The notes: generated from the letters alone by a model not told the origin. 60,990 bases of DNA, filler included, from 6 parts of 6 records of this genome joined end to end with filler, not necessarily neighbours in it, one strand, 5' to 3'. Positions 20,499-30,995 are shown, counted from the first letter of the whole stretch. Numbers and translations are program-made.

Positions 20499-21746
20499 AT
20501 GGTTAAAGATAAATATCTTGAAAAAGTAACTTTTTGGGTCACTGGCATATTTGTTTTTTTACTGCCGTTAGATGTCAAGATATTGGCGCCATTAATAGGA
20601 TTGATGATATTAATGGCAATCTTTCGTGCAAAACGGTCTGGTATCACAAACAACATTCAAACATTCAAAAGCTCCTTTATATTTTTCATTCTTCTTTTTT
20701 TGTGGCAATTGATTACAATAGCATGGTCAACTGACACATCAAATGGATTAAAAGCAATTGAACACAGGTTGTTTTATCTAGCAGCCCCCCTCTTGTTTTT
20801 ATTGGTCAAAAAGTGGCCTTCATTCCAGATGATGCGAATTTTTGTAATAAGTAACTTTTTGATATGCCTCTACTGTTTCGCCCATTTGGCCCATTTTTTT
20901 ATCACCGAAAAGTTTTATTTCATTGACCGTACGATCAATGAAGGCATAACTCTGGAAACTTTTCATTATATAGCATACCATGGTGGCGCAAACTTTGTCG
21001 TGTTCGATGTGCACAGGCTATACTTTTCCTTTTCACTGCTATCTGCCTTTTTGTTTCTTTATTTTAATAAGGATATTTTAAAAAATAGAGTTTTCAGATA
21101 TATTGTTGCCTTTACATTCATATTTGTAATCTTCTTATTGGTGTCCAAAATTGCCATCATGCTCTTGGTGGCCCTATTGTGTTACATTACCTACCAAAAG
21201 CTTAGAAAGAGCAAGGCAAAAAAGCGAATGATAATCATGTCGGTTTTCATTCTTATTATGTCTTTGGGATTTTATTTGGCAAAAACCAGGTTCCGTCAGT
21301 CCATTGAACAAATGGGGGCCATTAACGAAAAGAAGGAAGGAAGCCTAATAGAACGTTTTCAATACACAAAGTGTTCCCTGGAGCTTATTGGCGAGGCACC
21401 CGTATTTGGTTATGGCATTGGCGACATCAATACTAAAATGAAAGAAAAACTGATAAAGAATGACTTTACATTTCTTCTATATAAGGGCGTATATGACCCA
21501 CATAATGAGTTTTTAAAAACGTTTATCGGGTCTGGGGTTATTGGATTTTTTTTGTTTTTTGGAATTTTTATATCAATTTTTCGCAGGGCATATTACAATC
21601 AGAATATTTTACTCATGATCTATACAGGAATCGTTTTTATCGTTTGTATGATTGAACCGTTTTTAAGCAGACAAGCAGGGATTTTACCCGTGCTTTTTTT
21701 TATTGGACTGCTTACCTACAATGAAAAGAATACTTTGCTGGCATGA
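20499..21746 (+). CDS. O-antigen ligase (Wzy_C)-family membrane protein
   Basis: Polytopic; LVSK, ER, PVFGYGIGD and PHNEFL motifs. Confidence 0.82.
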   Translation: MVKDKYLEKVTFWVTGIFVFLLPLDVKILAPLIGLMILMAIFRAKRSGITNNIQTFKSSFIFFILLFLWQLITIAWSTDTSNGLKAIEHRLFYLAAPLLFLLVKKWPSFQMMRIFVISNFLICLYCFAHLAHFFITEKFYFIDRTINEGITLETFHYIAYHGGANFVVFDVHRLYFSFSLLSAFLFLYFNKDILKNRVFRYIVAFTFIFVIFLLVSKIAIMLLVALLCYITYQKLRKSKAKKRMIIMSVFILIMSLGFYLAKTRFRQSIEQMGAINEKKEGSLIERFQYTKCSLELIGEAPVFGYGIGDINTKMKEKLIKNDFTFLLYKGVYDPHNEFLKTFIGSGVIGFFLFFGIFISIFRRAYYNQNILLMIYTGIVFIVCMIEPFLSRQAGILPVLFFIGLLTYNEKNTLLA

Positions 21747-23317
21747 ATTTTTTAAAGCTCATCAATACTATTAGATACCTGCGCCAAAAGCAGGTTTTTT
21801 ATCGACTATATTATTTGGCAAGAAAAAAGTTTGGCAATACAGCTTATAACAAACCATTGATAAAGGAAATTGAGCCATTGAAATGGAATGACCCTGTATT
21901 TTTTGCTGATTCTTTTTTTTTGGAAAAAACATTTTGCTTTCTAAATGTTTCACACCAGTTTCAGGGACAGATAGATTGGAACTATAGTGGCTTTGGAAAA
22001 TTGTGGACCTATAACCTTAATTATTTTGATTTCCTCAACCAAAAAAGTATAACAACAAAAAAGGGCCTTGATTTAATCAAGGATTACATGGAGACCAAAA
22101 AGCAATTGCAAGACGGGCTTGAACCCTATCCAATTTCGTTGAGAGGGATAAACTGGATAAAGTTTCTTTCAAGAAACCAGATAAAGGACCATGCTATAAA
22201 CGAAACCCTTTACAAGCACTATCAGAGGCTGTACCACAATCTGGAATACCATCTATTGGGAAACCATCTCTTGGAAAATGGATTTTCGCTATTTTTTGGA
22301 GCATACTATTTCAAGGATGAACAACTTTACCAAAAGGTAGAATCTATTCTAAAAACAGAATTGGAGGAACAGGTTTTGAACGATGGTGCCCACTTTGAGC
22401 TGTCTCCCATGTACCATCAGATTTTATTGCATCGTTTACTGGACTGTATAAATCTTTCCCAATCGAATCCTTGGAGGTCTGACAGACTGTTACCATTATT
22501 AAAGGAGAAGGTTGTAAAAATGCTTTCATGGCTTCAAACGGCAACTTTTTCCAACGGCAATATTCCTATGGTAAATGATAGTGCTTATGAAATTGCCCCA
22601 TCATCCCAAACTCTTTTTAATTATGCCAAAGAACTTGGTATAACTTGGAAATCCGGTAGATTGGATGATTCTGGATATCGAAAGTTCGAAAGGACCAATT
22701 TTGAAGTTTTTATGGACGTGGGAAATATTGGTCCAGATTATCAACTGGGTCATGCGCATTCCGATACTTTTAGTTTTGAACTGTATGTGGACCAGAAGCC
22801 AATACTTGTGGATACAGGAACTTCAACTTATGAAAAAAACCAATTAAGACAGAAAGAGCGAGAAACCGCCGCACACAATACTGTTAAAATAGGCAACAGA
22901 GAACAGACACAGGTTTGGGGTGGTTTTAGAGTGGGCAAAAGGGCCAAGGTCGTTGAACTTGAAGAAGGGGATAGTTATATTAAAGCCTCTCACAATGGAT
23001 ATTACCCTACCCTTCATGAAAGAGAGTTTAGGATTGAGGATAGTGGATTCAAAATAATTGATAGTATCAAAAACCAAAAAGAATGTGCAGTCGCACATTT
23101 TCATTTCCATCCAAGTATCATCAATATAGAACAAGAGGAGGATTCAGTCATTTTGCAAACAGAAGGAATTGTGATCTTTTTTAAAGGAGAGGGAATAAAG
23201 GTTTCCAATCAGTCATGCCATATTGCGGAAGGCTTCAATATCCGAAGAAGCGCAATTAAAATTGAGGTGAGTTTTAATCAAACTTTAGAGACAACCATAA
23301 GAAAAGTAAATAGATGA
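21743..23317 (+). CDS. Heparinase II/III-family protein
   Basis: LWTYNLNYFD, EYHLLGNHL, DGAHFELSPMYH, GHAHSDTFSFEL, AHNTV. Confidence 0.88.
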   Translation: MNFLKLINTIRYLRQKQVFYRLYYLARKKFGNTAYNKPLIKEIEPLKWNDPVFFADSFFLEKTFCFLNVSHQFQGQIDWNYSGFGKLWTYNLNYFDFLNQKSITTKKGLDLIKDYMETKKQLQDGLEPYPISLRGINWIKFLSRNQIKDHAINETLYKHYQRLYHNLEYHLLGNHLLENGFSLFFGAYYFKDEQLYQKVESILKTELEEQVLNDGAHFELSPMYHQILLHRLLDCINLSQSNPWRSDRLLPLLKEKVVKMLSWLQTATFSNGNIPMVNDSAYEIAPSSQTLFNYAKELGITWKSGRLDDSGYRKFERTNFEVFMDVGNIGPDYQLGHAHSDTFSFELYVDQKPILVDTGTSTYEKNQLRQKERETAAHNTVKIGNREQTQVWGGFRVGKRAKVVELEEGDSYIKASHNGYYPTLHEREFRIEDSGFKIIDSIKNQKECAVAHFHFHPSIINIEQEEDSVILQTEGIVIFFKGEGIKVSNQSCHIAEGFNIRRSAIKIEVSFNQTLETTIRKVNR

Positions 23318-24507
23318 GAATTCTTTTTCTAACGGACAATTTCCCCCCCGAATTCAATGCCCCTGCTTCACGCACTTATGCGCACTGCAAGGAATGGGTA
23401 GAACAAGGGGCAGATGTAACGGTCATTACCGGAGCACCAAACTTCCCAAAAGGGAAGGTTTTTGAGGGCTATAAAAATAAACTGAGACAAGAAGAGTGGA
23501 TCGACGGTATCAGGGTAATTCGGGTTTGGACCTATATTGCCGCCAACGAAGGCTTCATAAAAAGAATTGTGGACTATAACAGCTTTATGATTTCAGCAAT
23601 ATTCGCAGGTCTTTTTATAAAAACAGATTTGATTATAGCCACGTCTCCACAATTTTTTACCGCTATAGCAGGTAGATGGCTGTCCATTTTAAAAAGGAAA
23701 AAATGGATTATGGAGGTGAGGGACATTTGGCCAGAATCCATAAAAGCTGTAGGTGCTATGAAGAGCAACTTTATCATCAGGTATTTTGAGTATTTGGAAA
23801 GAAGAATGTATAAAACTGCCTATAAAATTGTTACTGTCACAGATAGCTTTAAAAAGCAATTGATTGAAAAGCATAATATTCCATCCAGCAAAATAGGAGT
23901 GTTTAAAAATGGAATCGATGACTCGCTGTTTCAACCATCGCCAAAAAACCAAGAGATTTTAAAAAACCATGATTTAGAGGGAAAATTTATAATCGGGTAC
24001 ATAGGTACCCATGGGATGGCACATAAACTCGATTTTGTATTAATCGCCGCTAAGGAAATCAAGGACCCGAATATTCATTTTTTGTTTTTGGGCTCAGGAG
24101 CGGAGAAAGAAAATCTATTTAACCTAAAGGAAAAACTAGCATTAAAAAATGTTACGATGTTGGATTCGGTACCCAAAAATAAAGTTGGCATGTACATTTC
24201 AATCTTAGATGTAGGACTTGTAAACCTCAAGAAGTCGACAACCTTTAAATCTGTGATTCCATCAAAAATATTTGAGCTGGCGGCCATGCACAAACCTATA
24301 CTCTTGGGTGTGGAAGGAGAATCTAAAGAATTGATTGAGAGCTATGGAATAGGTGAATCCTATGAACCTGAAAATAAAGAGGAATTTATAAATAAGGTGA
24401 AAAAGCTAAAAACTGAAAAAAACAAAGAATATCCGTTTGATACCTTTGTGGCTGATTTTAAAAGAAATAATATTGCAAAACAAATGCTATTGTTCATGAG
24501 TAAATAG
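23314..24507 (+). CDS. Glycosyltransferase family 4 (WbuB-like)
   Basis: DNFPPE, PNFPKG, ATSPQFF, EVRDIWPES, PSKIFE. Confidence 0.9.
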   Translation: MRILFLTDNFPPEFNAPASRTYAHCKEWVEQGADVTVITGAPNFPKGKVFEGYKNKLRQEEWIDGIRVIRVWTYIAANEGFIKRIVDYNSFMISAIFAGLFIKTDLIIATSPQFFTAIAGRWLSILKRKKWIMEVRDIWPESIKAVGAMKSNFIIRYFEYLERRMYKTAYKIVTVTDSFKKQLIEKHNIPSSKIGVFKNGIDDSLFQPSPKNQEILKNHDLEGKFIIGYIGTHGMAHKLDFVLIAAKEIKDPNIHFLFLGSGAEKENLFNLKEKLALKNVTMLDSVPKNKVGMYISILDVGLVNLKKSTTFKSVIPSKIFELAAMHKPILLGVEGESKELIESYGIGESYEPENKEEFINKVKKLKTEKNKEYPFDTFVADFKRNNIAKQMLLFMSK

Positions 24508-24524
24508 CGTAAATTTTAAGTAAG

Positions 24525-25676
24525 ATGAACTTTCTGGAAACAGCGGTCTTAGTTTTTATTGGATCCTTCCTCTTAGTGTATCTCACAATCCCCAAGATAA
24601 TAGGTGTTGTGGAATACAAAAGGTTAATGGATGACCCAAACCAAAGAAGTTCACATAGTCGGAGAACACCAACATTGGGAGGGGTTTCCTTCTTTTTCAC
24701 AATCATTATTGCTCTATTCTTTATTAAGAACTGGCACGAACATACCGAAGACATATTCATCATTCCCGGTCTCACCATCTTGTTCATTGTTGGTTTAAAG
24801 GATGATATGGTAGTACTGTCTCCCGGGTCAAAACTAATTGCTCAAGTGATTGCAATTGCCTTTGTTTTGGTCAATGACAGTTTCGGAATAGAATCATTGA
24901 ATGGCTTTCTCAATATTTATGAAATTCCGTATTATTTATATCTCGTCATTGGAGGGTTTTTAATGCTTACTATTATCAATTCATATAATCTAATTGATGG
25001 AATAGATGGGCTTGCGTCAATAGTTGGTATAGTGATTATGGTTATTTACACAACTATTTTCTATTTGTCAAAAGAGTATTATTTTGCCCTTATCGCTATT
25101 ACAATGAATGCATGTTTAATGGCCTTTTTTGGATTCAATATATCATCGAGTAAAAAGATTTTTATGGGCGACACCGGCTCTTTAATAGTCGGATTCATTA
25201 TTAGTGTTTTGACGTTGAAGTTTCTGGCCCTTGAACCTACGGCATATGGAGAGCTTCCATTTTTGTTGGAAAATGCGCCATTGATAGCTATAAGCATTTT
25301 GATAGTTCCTCTTTTTGATACAGCAAGAGTGTTTGCAATCCGGTTGGCAAACAAAAGAGGGCCATTCTCTCCGGACAGGAACCATGTACATCATGTTCTT
25401 ATTGATTTTTGGGGGCTTTCCCACAAACAGGCAAGTTTTATCATAGGCTGTTTCAATATCATCTTTGTGGTGCTGTTTATTATTTTGGGAAGCAAGGCAA
25501 AGAATACAGGAATGGTGATAATGCTTGTCAGTGTTGTAATTTTTTTAGCCTATATATTTTTCAGGTACAATTACAACTTTACCACGTTAAAGCAGAAGAT
25601 TCGGTTGAAAAGGAAAATAGAGTCCATTAAGGGAAAAAAGGAAAACCCTGCTAAAAAGAAGAATGATCAAGAATGA
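24525..25676 (+). CDS. MraY/WecA-family undecaprenyl-phosphate HexNAc-1-phosphate transferase
   Basis: [41 protein letters not shown]. Confidence 0.92.
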   Translation: MNFLETAVLVFIGSFLLVYLTIPKIIGVVEYKRLMDDPNQRSSHSRRTPTLGGVSFFFTIIIALFFIKNWHEHTEDIFIIPGLTILFIVGLKDDMVVLSPGSKLIAQVIAIAFVLVNDSFGIESLNGFLNIYEIPYYLYLVIGGFLMLTIINSYNLIDGIDGLASIVGIVIMVIYTTIFYLSKEYYFALIAITMNACLMAFFGFNISSSKKIFMGDTGSLIVGFIISVLTLKFLALEPTAYGELPFLLENAPLIAISILIVPLFDTARVFAIRLANKRGPFSPDRNHVHHVLIDFWGLSHKQASFIIGCFNIIFVVLFIILGSKAKNTGMVIMLVSVVIFLAYIFFRYNYNFTTLKQKIRLKRKIESIKGKKENPAKKKNDQE

Positions 25677-26644
25677 AAAAAACACTCATCACCGGAGCTG
25701 CAGGGTTTTTAGGCTCACACCTTTGTGATCGGTTCATTGCCGAAGGCCACCATGTTATTGGCATGGATAACCTGATTACAGGGGATATCAAGAACATAGA
25801 GCACCTGTTCCACCTAAAGCGGTTTGAATTTTTTCATCACGATGTTACCAAATTTGTCCATGTTCCGGGCAAGATGGATTATATCCTTCATTTTGCATCT
25901 CCTGCAAGTCCAATCGACTATTTAAAGATTCCCATCGAAACTCTCAAAGTTGGTTCCTTGGGAACACTCAATCTTTTGGGATTGGCCAGAGATCACGGAG
26001 CACGCATTTTAGTCGCCTCCACATCCGAGGTGTATGGTGACCCGTTGGTACATCCCCAGAATGAGGAATATTACGGAAACGTGAGTCCCATTGGGCCGCG
26101 AGGAGTATATGATGAGGCCAAACGCTTTATGGAATCCATAACCATGGCCTATCACCGGCACCATGGACTGGACACCCGTATCGTTCGGATTTTTAACACC
26201 TACGGATCTCGAATGCGCCTTAATGACGGCCGAGTGGTTCCCGCTTTTATGGGTCAGGCCCTTCGTGGAGAGGATTTGACCGTGTTTGGGGACGGCTCGC
26301 AATCCCGATCCTTTACCTATATCGATGACCAAATTGAGGGAATCTATCGCCTTTTGATGAGCGATTATGTAGAACCCATCAACATCGGTAACCCGGATGA
26401 AACCACGATTTTGGAGTTTGCCGAAGAAATCATCAAACTAACGGGAACCGACCAAAAAATCGTGTTCAAACCATTACCACAAGACGACCCCATGCAACGT
26501 CAGCCCGATATTTCCCGAGCCAAGGAAATTTTGGATTGGGAACCCAAGGTACATCGTTCCGAAGGGCTCAAAAAAGTGTTCGAGTATTTCAAATCGCTTT
26601 CGGATGAAAAGTTATGGGAGGCCCACAGAGAGTTTTTACCATAA
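25673..26644 (+). CDS. UDP-glucuronic acid decarboxylase family protein
   Basis: [38 protein letters not shown]. Confidence 0.93.
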   Translation: MKKTLITGAAGFLGSHLCDRFIAEGHHVIGMDNLITGDIKNIEHLFHLKRFEFFHHDVTKFVHVPGKMDYILHFASPASPIDYLKIPIETLKVGSLGTLNLLGLARDHGARILVASTSEVYGDPLVHPQNEEYYGNVSPIGPRGVYDEAKRFMESITMAYHRHHGLDTRIVRIFNTYGSRMRLNDGRVVPAFMGQALRGEDLTVFGDGSQSRSFTYIDDQIEGIYRLLMSDYVEPINIGNPDETTILEFAEEIIKLTGTDQKIVFKPLPQDDPMQRQPDISRAKEILDWEPKVHRSEGLKKVFEYFKSLSDEKLWEAHREFLP

Positions 26645-26657
26645 ATCATTCGTCAAA

Positions 26658-26737
26658 TGTCATTTCGAAAAGAGGAGCGAAGCGACGATTGAGAAATCTG
26701 ATTTGTTGTAGATTTCTCGCATTCGCTCGAAATGACA
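26658..26737. repeat. Palindromic REP-like intergenic element
   Basis: Terminal inverted repeat TGTCATTTCGA / TCGAAATGACA enclosing an inner stem GAGAAATCT / AGATTTCTC. Confidence 0.7.
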
Positions 26738-26837
26738 ACTACGCTCCGTAACGGCTTAGTGGAAATTTGTGCAATTCGTGTCGAAAAGTAAGCCCAGATC
26801 ATTTGCAAATAACCCTTAAATTAAATTTGAATTGAGT

Positions 26838-26845
26838 TATTTTTG
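26838..26845 (+). promoter_or_regulatory. Bacteroidetes-type -7 promoter element for purD
   Basis: TATTTTTG matches TAnnTTTG, 15 nt before the ATG at 26861. Confidence 0.6.
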
Positions 26846-26860
26846 CCAAAACATCAAATC

Positions 26861-28138
26861 ATGAATATCCTGGTCTTGGGTTCTGGCGGTCGCGAACATG
26901 CCATTTCCCTAAAAATCTCTCAAAGTCCTAAAACATCCAATCTTTTTGTAGGGCCCGGCAATGCGGGCACCTCACAAATTGCCACAAATGTTGAGGTCGG
27001 CGTGAACGATTTTGAAGCCATCAAGCAATTGGTGCTGAAAGAGAGCATCGATTTAGTGGTTGTGGGACCAGAAGACCCTCTGGTAAATGGGATACATGAT
27101 TTTTTCTTGAACGATGATGAACTGAACTCCGTTCCTGTTATCGGGCCGGAAAAAGCTGCGGCAGAATTGGAAGGCAGCAAGGAATTTGCTAAGGAATTTA
27201 TGATGCGGCACAATATTCCAACGGCAGCTTACGAAAGTTTTACCAGTGAGACATTGGAAAAGGGGTATGCCTTTTTGGAAACCCTAAAACCACCTTACGT
27301 ACTAAAAGCAGATGGACTTGCAGCTGGAAAAGGGGTTTTAATCCTTCAAGATTTGCAAGAGGCCAAGGATGAGCTTAAATCCATGCTGGTCGATTCCAAA
27401 TTCGGAAACGCAAGTGCCACGGTGGTCATAGAAGAGTTTTTGGACGGGATAGAACTAAGCTGTTTTGTATTGACGGACGGAACCAATTACAAAACCCTTC
27501 CCACCGCGAAAGATTACAAAAGGATAGGTGAGGGAGACACCGGACTCAACACGGGAGGTATGGGGGCCATTTCCCCAGTTCCTTTTGCCGATTCAATCTT
27601 TATGGACAAGATAGAGCGAGAAATCGTAAAACCGACCGTAGACGGCCTTAAAAGCGATAATTTGCCCTATGTGGGCTTTATCTTCATTGGATTGATTAAA
27701 GTAGGTGACGAACCCAAGGTAATCGAGTACAACGTTCGTATGGGAGATCCCGAGACCGAAGTGGTGATTCCTAGGCTTAAAAATGACCTTGTTGATGTCT
27801 TGGTTGCAATGGCCAACGGCACGCTTGATCAAATTGACCTTCAAATTGACCAAAGAACGGCAACAACGGTGATGGCTGTTTCCGGAGGGTATCCCGAAGC
27901 CTACGAAAAAGGAAAAGAAATCACAGGGGCGGAGAACATTCAGGATTCCCTAGTTTTCCATGCAGGAACAAAACTATCAGAAGGAAAAGTAGTGACCAAC
28001 GGAGGGCGCGTAATAGCGGTTACTTCCTTTGGAAAAGACTTTAAGGAAGCACTAAAAACATCCTATCAAAATATGGAAAAACTCCATTTTGATGGAATGT
28101 ATTACCGAAAAGATTTAGGATTCGATCTAGATGTATGA
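26861..28138 (+). CDS. purD: Phosphoribosylamine--glycine ligase
   Basis: GSGGREHA, GPEDPL, LEGSK, KADGLAAGKGV, NTGGMGA, GDPETE, GGRV. Confidence 0.97.
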   Translation: MNILVLGSGGREHAISLKISQSPKTSNLFVGPGNAGTSQIATNVEVGVNDFEAIKQLVLKESIDLVVVGPEDPLVNGIHDFFLNDDELNSVPVIGPEKAAAELEGSKEFAKEFMMRHNIPTAAYESFTSETLEKGYAFLETLKPPYVLKADGLAAGKGVLILQDLQEAKDELKSMLVDSKFGNASATVVIEEFLDGIELSCFVLTDGTNYKTLPTAKDYKRIGEGDTGLNTGGMGAISPVPFADSIFMDKIEREIVKPTVDGLKSDNLPYVGFIFIGLIKVGDEPKVIEYNVRMGDPETEVVIPRLKNDLVDVLVAMANGTLDQIDLQIDQRTATTVMAVSGGYPEAYEKGKEITGAENIQDSLVFHAGTKLSEGKVVTNGGRVIAVTSFGKDFKEALKTSYQNMEKLHFDGMYYRKDLGFDLDV

Positions 28139-28348
28139 GTGGGAGCTTATGCTCTTGTCCTCTTCACCGTTCTTGTTGAAAATCTTCAACTGGCCCATCC
28201 AGTACACCATCGCCACAAAACCGATGATCATAAAAATCCAGTTAATGGAGTTGGAACCCCACCAGCTGTGCATAAAGCGGAAAAAATCCAATGGTGCGAA
28301 AAGGTAGTTTACAAATAAGTCCTCTATACCGTAAAAAAACTTGCTCAT
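28127..28348 (-). CDS. Small conserved membrane protein (DUF6341-like)
   Basis: 73 aa with FF.GIEDLFV..LFAP.D and NWIF motifs recalled from Flavobacteriaceae purD neighbours; TACTTTTG promoter motif on the minus strand at 28368-28375. Confidence 0.7.
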   Translation of the reverse strand: MSKFFYGIEDLFVNYLFAPLDFFRFMHSWWGSNSINWIFMIIGFVAMVYWMGQLKIFNKNGEEDKSISSHSYI

Positions 28349-28387
28349 CTTGGCTATATTTACTTTACAAAAGTAGCAAAAGATAGG

Positions 28388-29317
28388 ATGATTTCAAGCT
28401 TTTTCGGAAAAACTAAACCCATAAACAATATAGTTCTCGCCAGTTTCCTGTTCCTATTCTATTTTACCAATGTTTTTTTTCAACTGGGCGACCAAAAACT
28501 CAATCAGGTTATCCCCCTGGAAATGATGCTGTTTGCGGTTTTGTTGATCTCGGTTTTCATCACCAATCAAATTGTAAGAACCGAAAAGGCAACGGAATCA
28601 AACTCCTACGCGATGCTCTTTTTTGTGCTTCTGATTGTTTCGTTTTCAGATGAATTGGTGCTTCAAAACGTACTGTTCGCCAACTTCTTTTTGCTCTTGG
28701 CCTTCTGGAGGATATTGTCCATCAAGTCCACAAAAAATGTCAAACACAAAATTTTTGATGCCTCCCTATTGATTGCCATTGCAAGTTTGTTCTACGATTG
28801 GGCCCTTGCCTTTATGCTCCTCGTTTTTTTTGTGATCGGGGTCTACGACCGTAAAACGTTCAAAAATTGGTTGGTTCCATTGTTGGGGGTAGGTACAATT
28901 TTTATACTTGCGTTCACCGTTTTGAAACTCAAAGGGTCATTGAACTTTTTTGAGGACCATTATCAATTTTCCTTGGGCCTTTTTACCAGCAAATCGTTCT
29001 TTCAGGTATTGAACATAAAGACATTGATCTATCTGATTTTGACCATACTCGTTTCCATTGCCGTGTTCATCAGGCTGAGAAACGTGAGCGGGGGTAAATT
29101 ACTGTTGCTTCGGATCGTGTTTTTAATCTTTGTTTTGGGCACCGGTATTATTCTCTTTACTCCTGCCGATGCATCGCCCGTTTTGCTTACCTTTTTTCCT
29201 GCCGCCGTATTTTTTACCAATTATTTTGAAGCCATGAAAAAAAGAAGGCTTCAGGAAGCTTTAATGGTAGGCTTTGTGGTATTGGCCTGTTCGCTTTTTG
29301 CCGTTCATCTCAACTAA
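28388..29317 (+). CDS. Conserved polytopic membrane protein (DUF6427-like)
   Basis: MISSFFGKTKPIN start, KIFDASL motif, many hydrophobic segments. Confidence 0.7.
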   Translation: MISSFFGKTKPINNIVLASFLFLFYFTNVFFQLGDQKLNQVIPLEMMLFAVLLISVFITNQIVRTEKATESNSYAMLFFVLLIVSFSDELVLQNVLFANFFLLLAFWRILSIKSTKNVKHKIFDASLLIAIASLFYDWALAFMLLVFFVIGVYDRKTFKNWLVPLLGVGTIFILAFTVLKLKGSLNFFEDHYQFSLGLFTSKSFFQVLNIKTLIYLILTILVSIAVFIRLRNVSGGKLLLLRIVFLIFVLGTGIILFTPADASPVLLTFFPAAVFFTNYFEAMKKRRLQEALMVGFVVLACSLFAVHLN

Positions 29318-29333
29318 ATATGGCATAAAGCAA

Positions 29334-29341
29334 TATCTTTG
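29334..29341 (+). promoter_or_regulatory. Bacteroidetes-type -7 promoter element
   Basis: TATCTTTG matches TAnnTTTG, 15 nt before the ATG at 29357. Confidence 0.55.
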
Positions 29342-29356
29342 AACAAATTTTAAGCT

Positions 29357-29962
29357 ATGTTCAGCGATTTTGCCTTCAAGATATTTCAGGAAAGTATAGA
29401 TACTTACCATATCAAGGACGATGTGTACCAAGAATTCAGCAACCCTTATCCAAAGGATAAAGTAGAGCATTTGCTGTATAGGAAAAACTGGATTGATACC
29501 GTGCAGTGGCATTACGAGGATATTATCAGGGATCCCAATATAGACCCTGTGGCCGCCTTGGACCTTAAACGAAAAATAGACGCAAGTAATCAGGACCGTA
29601 CGGATTTGGTAGAGTATATTGATGGTTACTTTTTGAATAAATACCAATCAGTACAAGTAAAAGAGGGTGCTACCATTAATACCGAAAGTCCCGCATGGGC
29701 TATAGATAGATTGTCGATCTTGGCTTTGAAAATATATCACATGCAAGAAGAGGTGAACCGTACCGATGCATCACCAGAACACATTAAAAAATGCAGTGAG
29801 AAACTAGCGGTGCTTTTGGAACAGAGGAAAGACCTTTCCACCGCCATTGACCAGTTGTTGGCCGATATAGAAGCTGGAGACAAGTACATGAAAGTCTACA
29901 AACAGATGAAGATGTACAACGACGACGAACTAAACCCGGTGTTGCGTGGTCAAAAAGGGTAA
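29357..29962 (+). CDS. DUF4254-domain protein
   Basis: WIDTVQWHYEDIIR, IDASNQDRTD, TESPAWAIDRLSI, KQMKMYND..LNP. Confidence 0.82.
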   Translation: MFSDFAFKIFQESIDTYHIKDDVYQEFSNPYPKDKVEHLLYRKNWIDTVQWHYEDIIRDPNIDPVAALDLKRKIDASNQDRTDLVEYIDGYFLNKYQSVQVKEGATINTESPAWAIDRLSILALKIYHMQEEVNRTDASPEHIKKCSEKLAVLLEQRKDLSTAIDQLLADIEAGDKYMKVYKQMKMYNDDELNPVLRGQKG

Positions 29963-30995
29963 ACATACCCATATTCTGGTCATTCGTTTGTCAGCCATGG
30001 GCGATGTGGCAATGACCGTTCCCGTGCTCCGCGCGCTCATTGATAAATACCCTGAAATTCGGTTGACCATCCTCACCAAAAAGAACTTCATGCCCATATT
30101 TGATGGCTTGGAGCATGTGCAGGTCAAAGAGGCCGATGTTAAAAATAGACACAAAGGTTTGATGGGGCTTTGGCGCCTCTATAAAGAATTAAAGCCCTTA
30201 CAGTTTGATGCCGTTGCCGACCTACACAATGTGTTGCGAAGCAGGATACTTAAAAAGTATTTTTCTCTGGAACGGGTTCCGTTTGCCCAAATTGATAAAG
30301 GAAGGAAGGAAAAAAAAGCACTAACGCGATCTAAAAACAAAGTTTTTGAGCAGCTAAGGACAACCCACCAGCGCTATGCTGATGTTTTTGGACAATTGGG
30401 ATTCCCGGTTGATTTATCAAATGCCAAGCCATTAGAGCGTATTCAACTTTCCAAAAAAGTGTTGGGATTGGTAGGACAGGATGTGAAAAAATGGGTAGGG
30501 ATTGCCCCCTTTGCAGCTCATGAAGGCAAAATGTATCCATTGGAATCTACCAAGGAAATCATCAAAAAACTGGATGATACCGATAAGTATAAAATTTTGC
30601 TTTTTGGCGGTGGGACCAAAGAAATTGAAGTCTTGGAAGGTATGGCCCAAACCAGTGAAAATGTATTTTGCATGGCGGGCAAATTAAATCTTTCCGAAGA
30701 ACTACAACTCATCTCCAATTTGGATGTAATGCTGTCCATGGACAGTGGCAATGCGCATATGGCGGCGAATTATGGCATTCCTGTGGTCACACTATGGGGG
30801 GTTACCCATCCGTATGCCGGCTTTTATCCATTCGGACAACCTATGGAAAATGCACTTATGGCAGACCGGGAAACATACCCGCTGATTCCTACCTCGGTAT
30901 ATGGGAACAAAGTGCCCCAAGGGTACGAAAACACCATGAAAACCATCAAACCAAAGGATGTATTGGAGCGATTGATGGTAATTTTGGAAAGGTGA
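29946..30995 (+). CDS. Glycosyltransferase family 9 (ADP-heptose:LPS heptosyltransferase-like)
   Basis: IRLSAMGDV, DLH, MDSGNAHMA, TLWGVTHP. Confidence 0.9.
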   Translation: MVKKGKHTHILVIRLSAMGDVAMTVPVLRALIDKYPEIRLTILTKKNFMPIFDGLEHVQVKEADVKNRHKGLMGLWRLYKELKPLQFDAVADLHNVLRSRILKKYFSLERVPFAQIDKGRKEKKALTRSKNKVFEQLRTTHQRYADVFGQLGFPVDLSNAKPLERIQLSKKVLGLVGQDVKKWVGIAPFAAHEGKMYPLESTKEIIKKLDDTDKYKILLFGGGTKEIEVLEGMAQTSENVFCMAGKLNLSEELQLISNLDVMLSMDSGNAHMAANYGIPVVTLWGVTHPYAGFYPFGQPMENALMADRETYPLIPTSVYGNKVPQGYENTMKTIKPKDVLERLMVILER

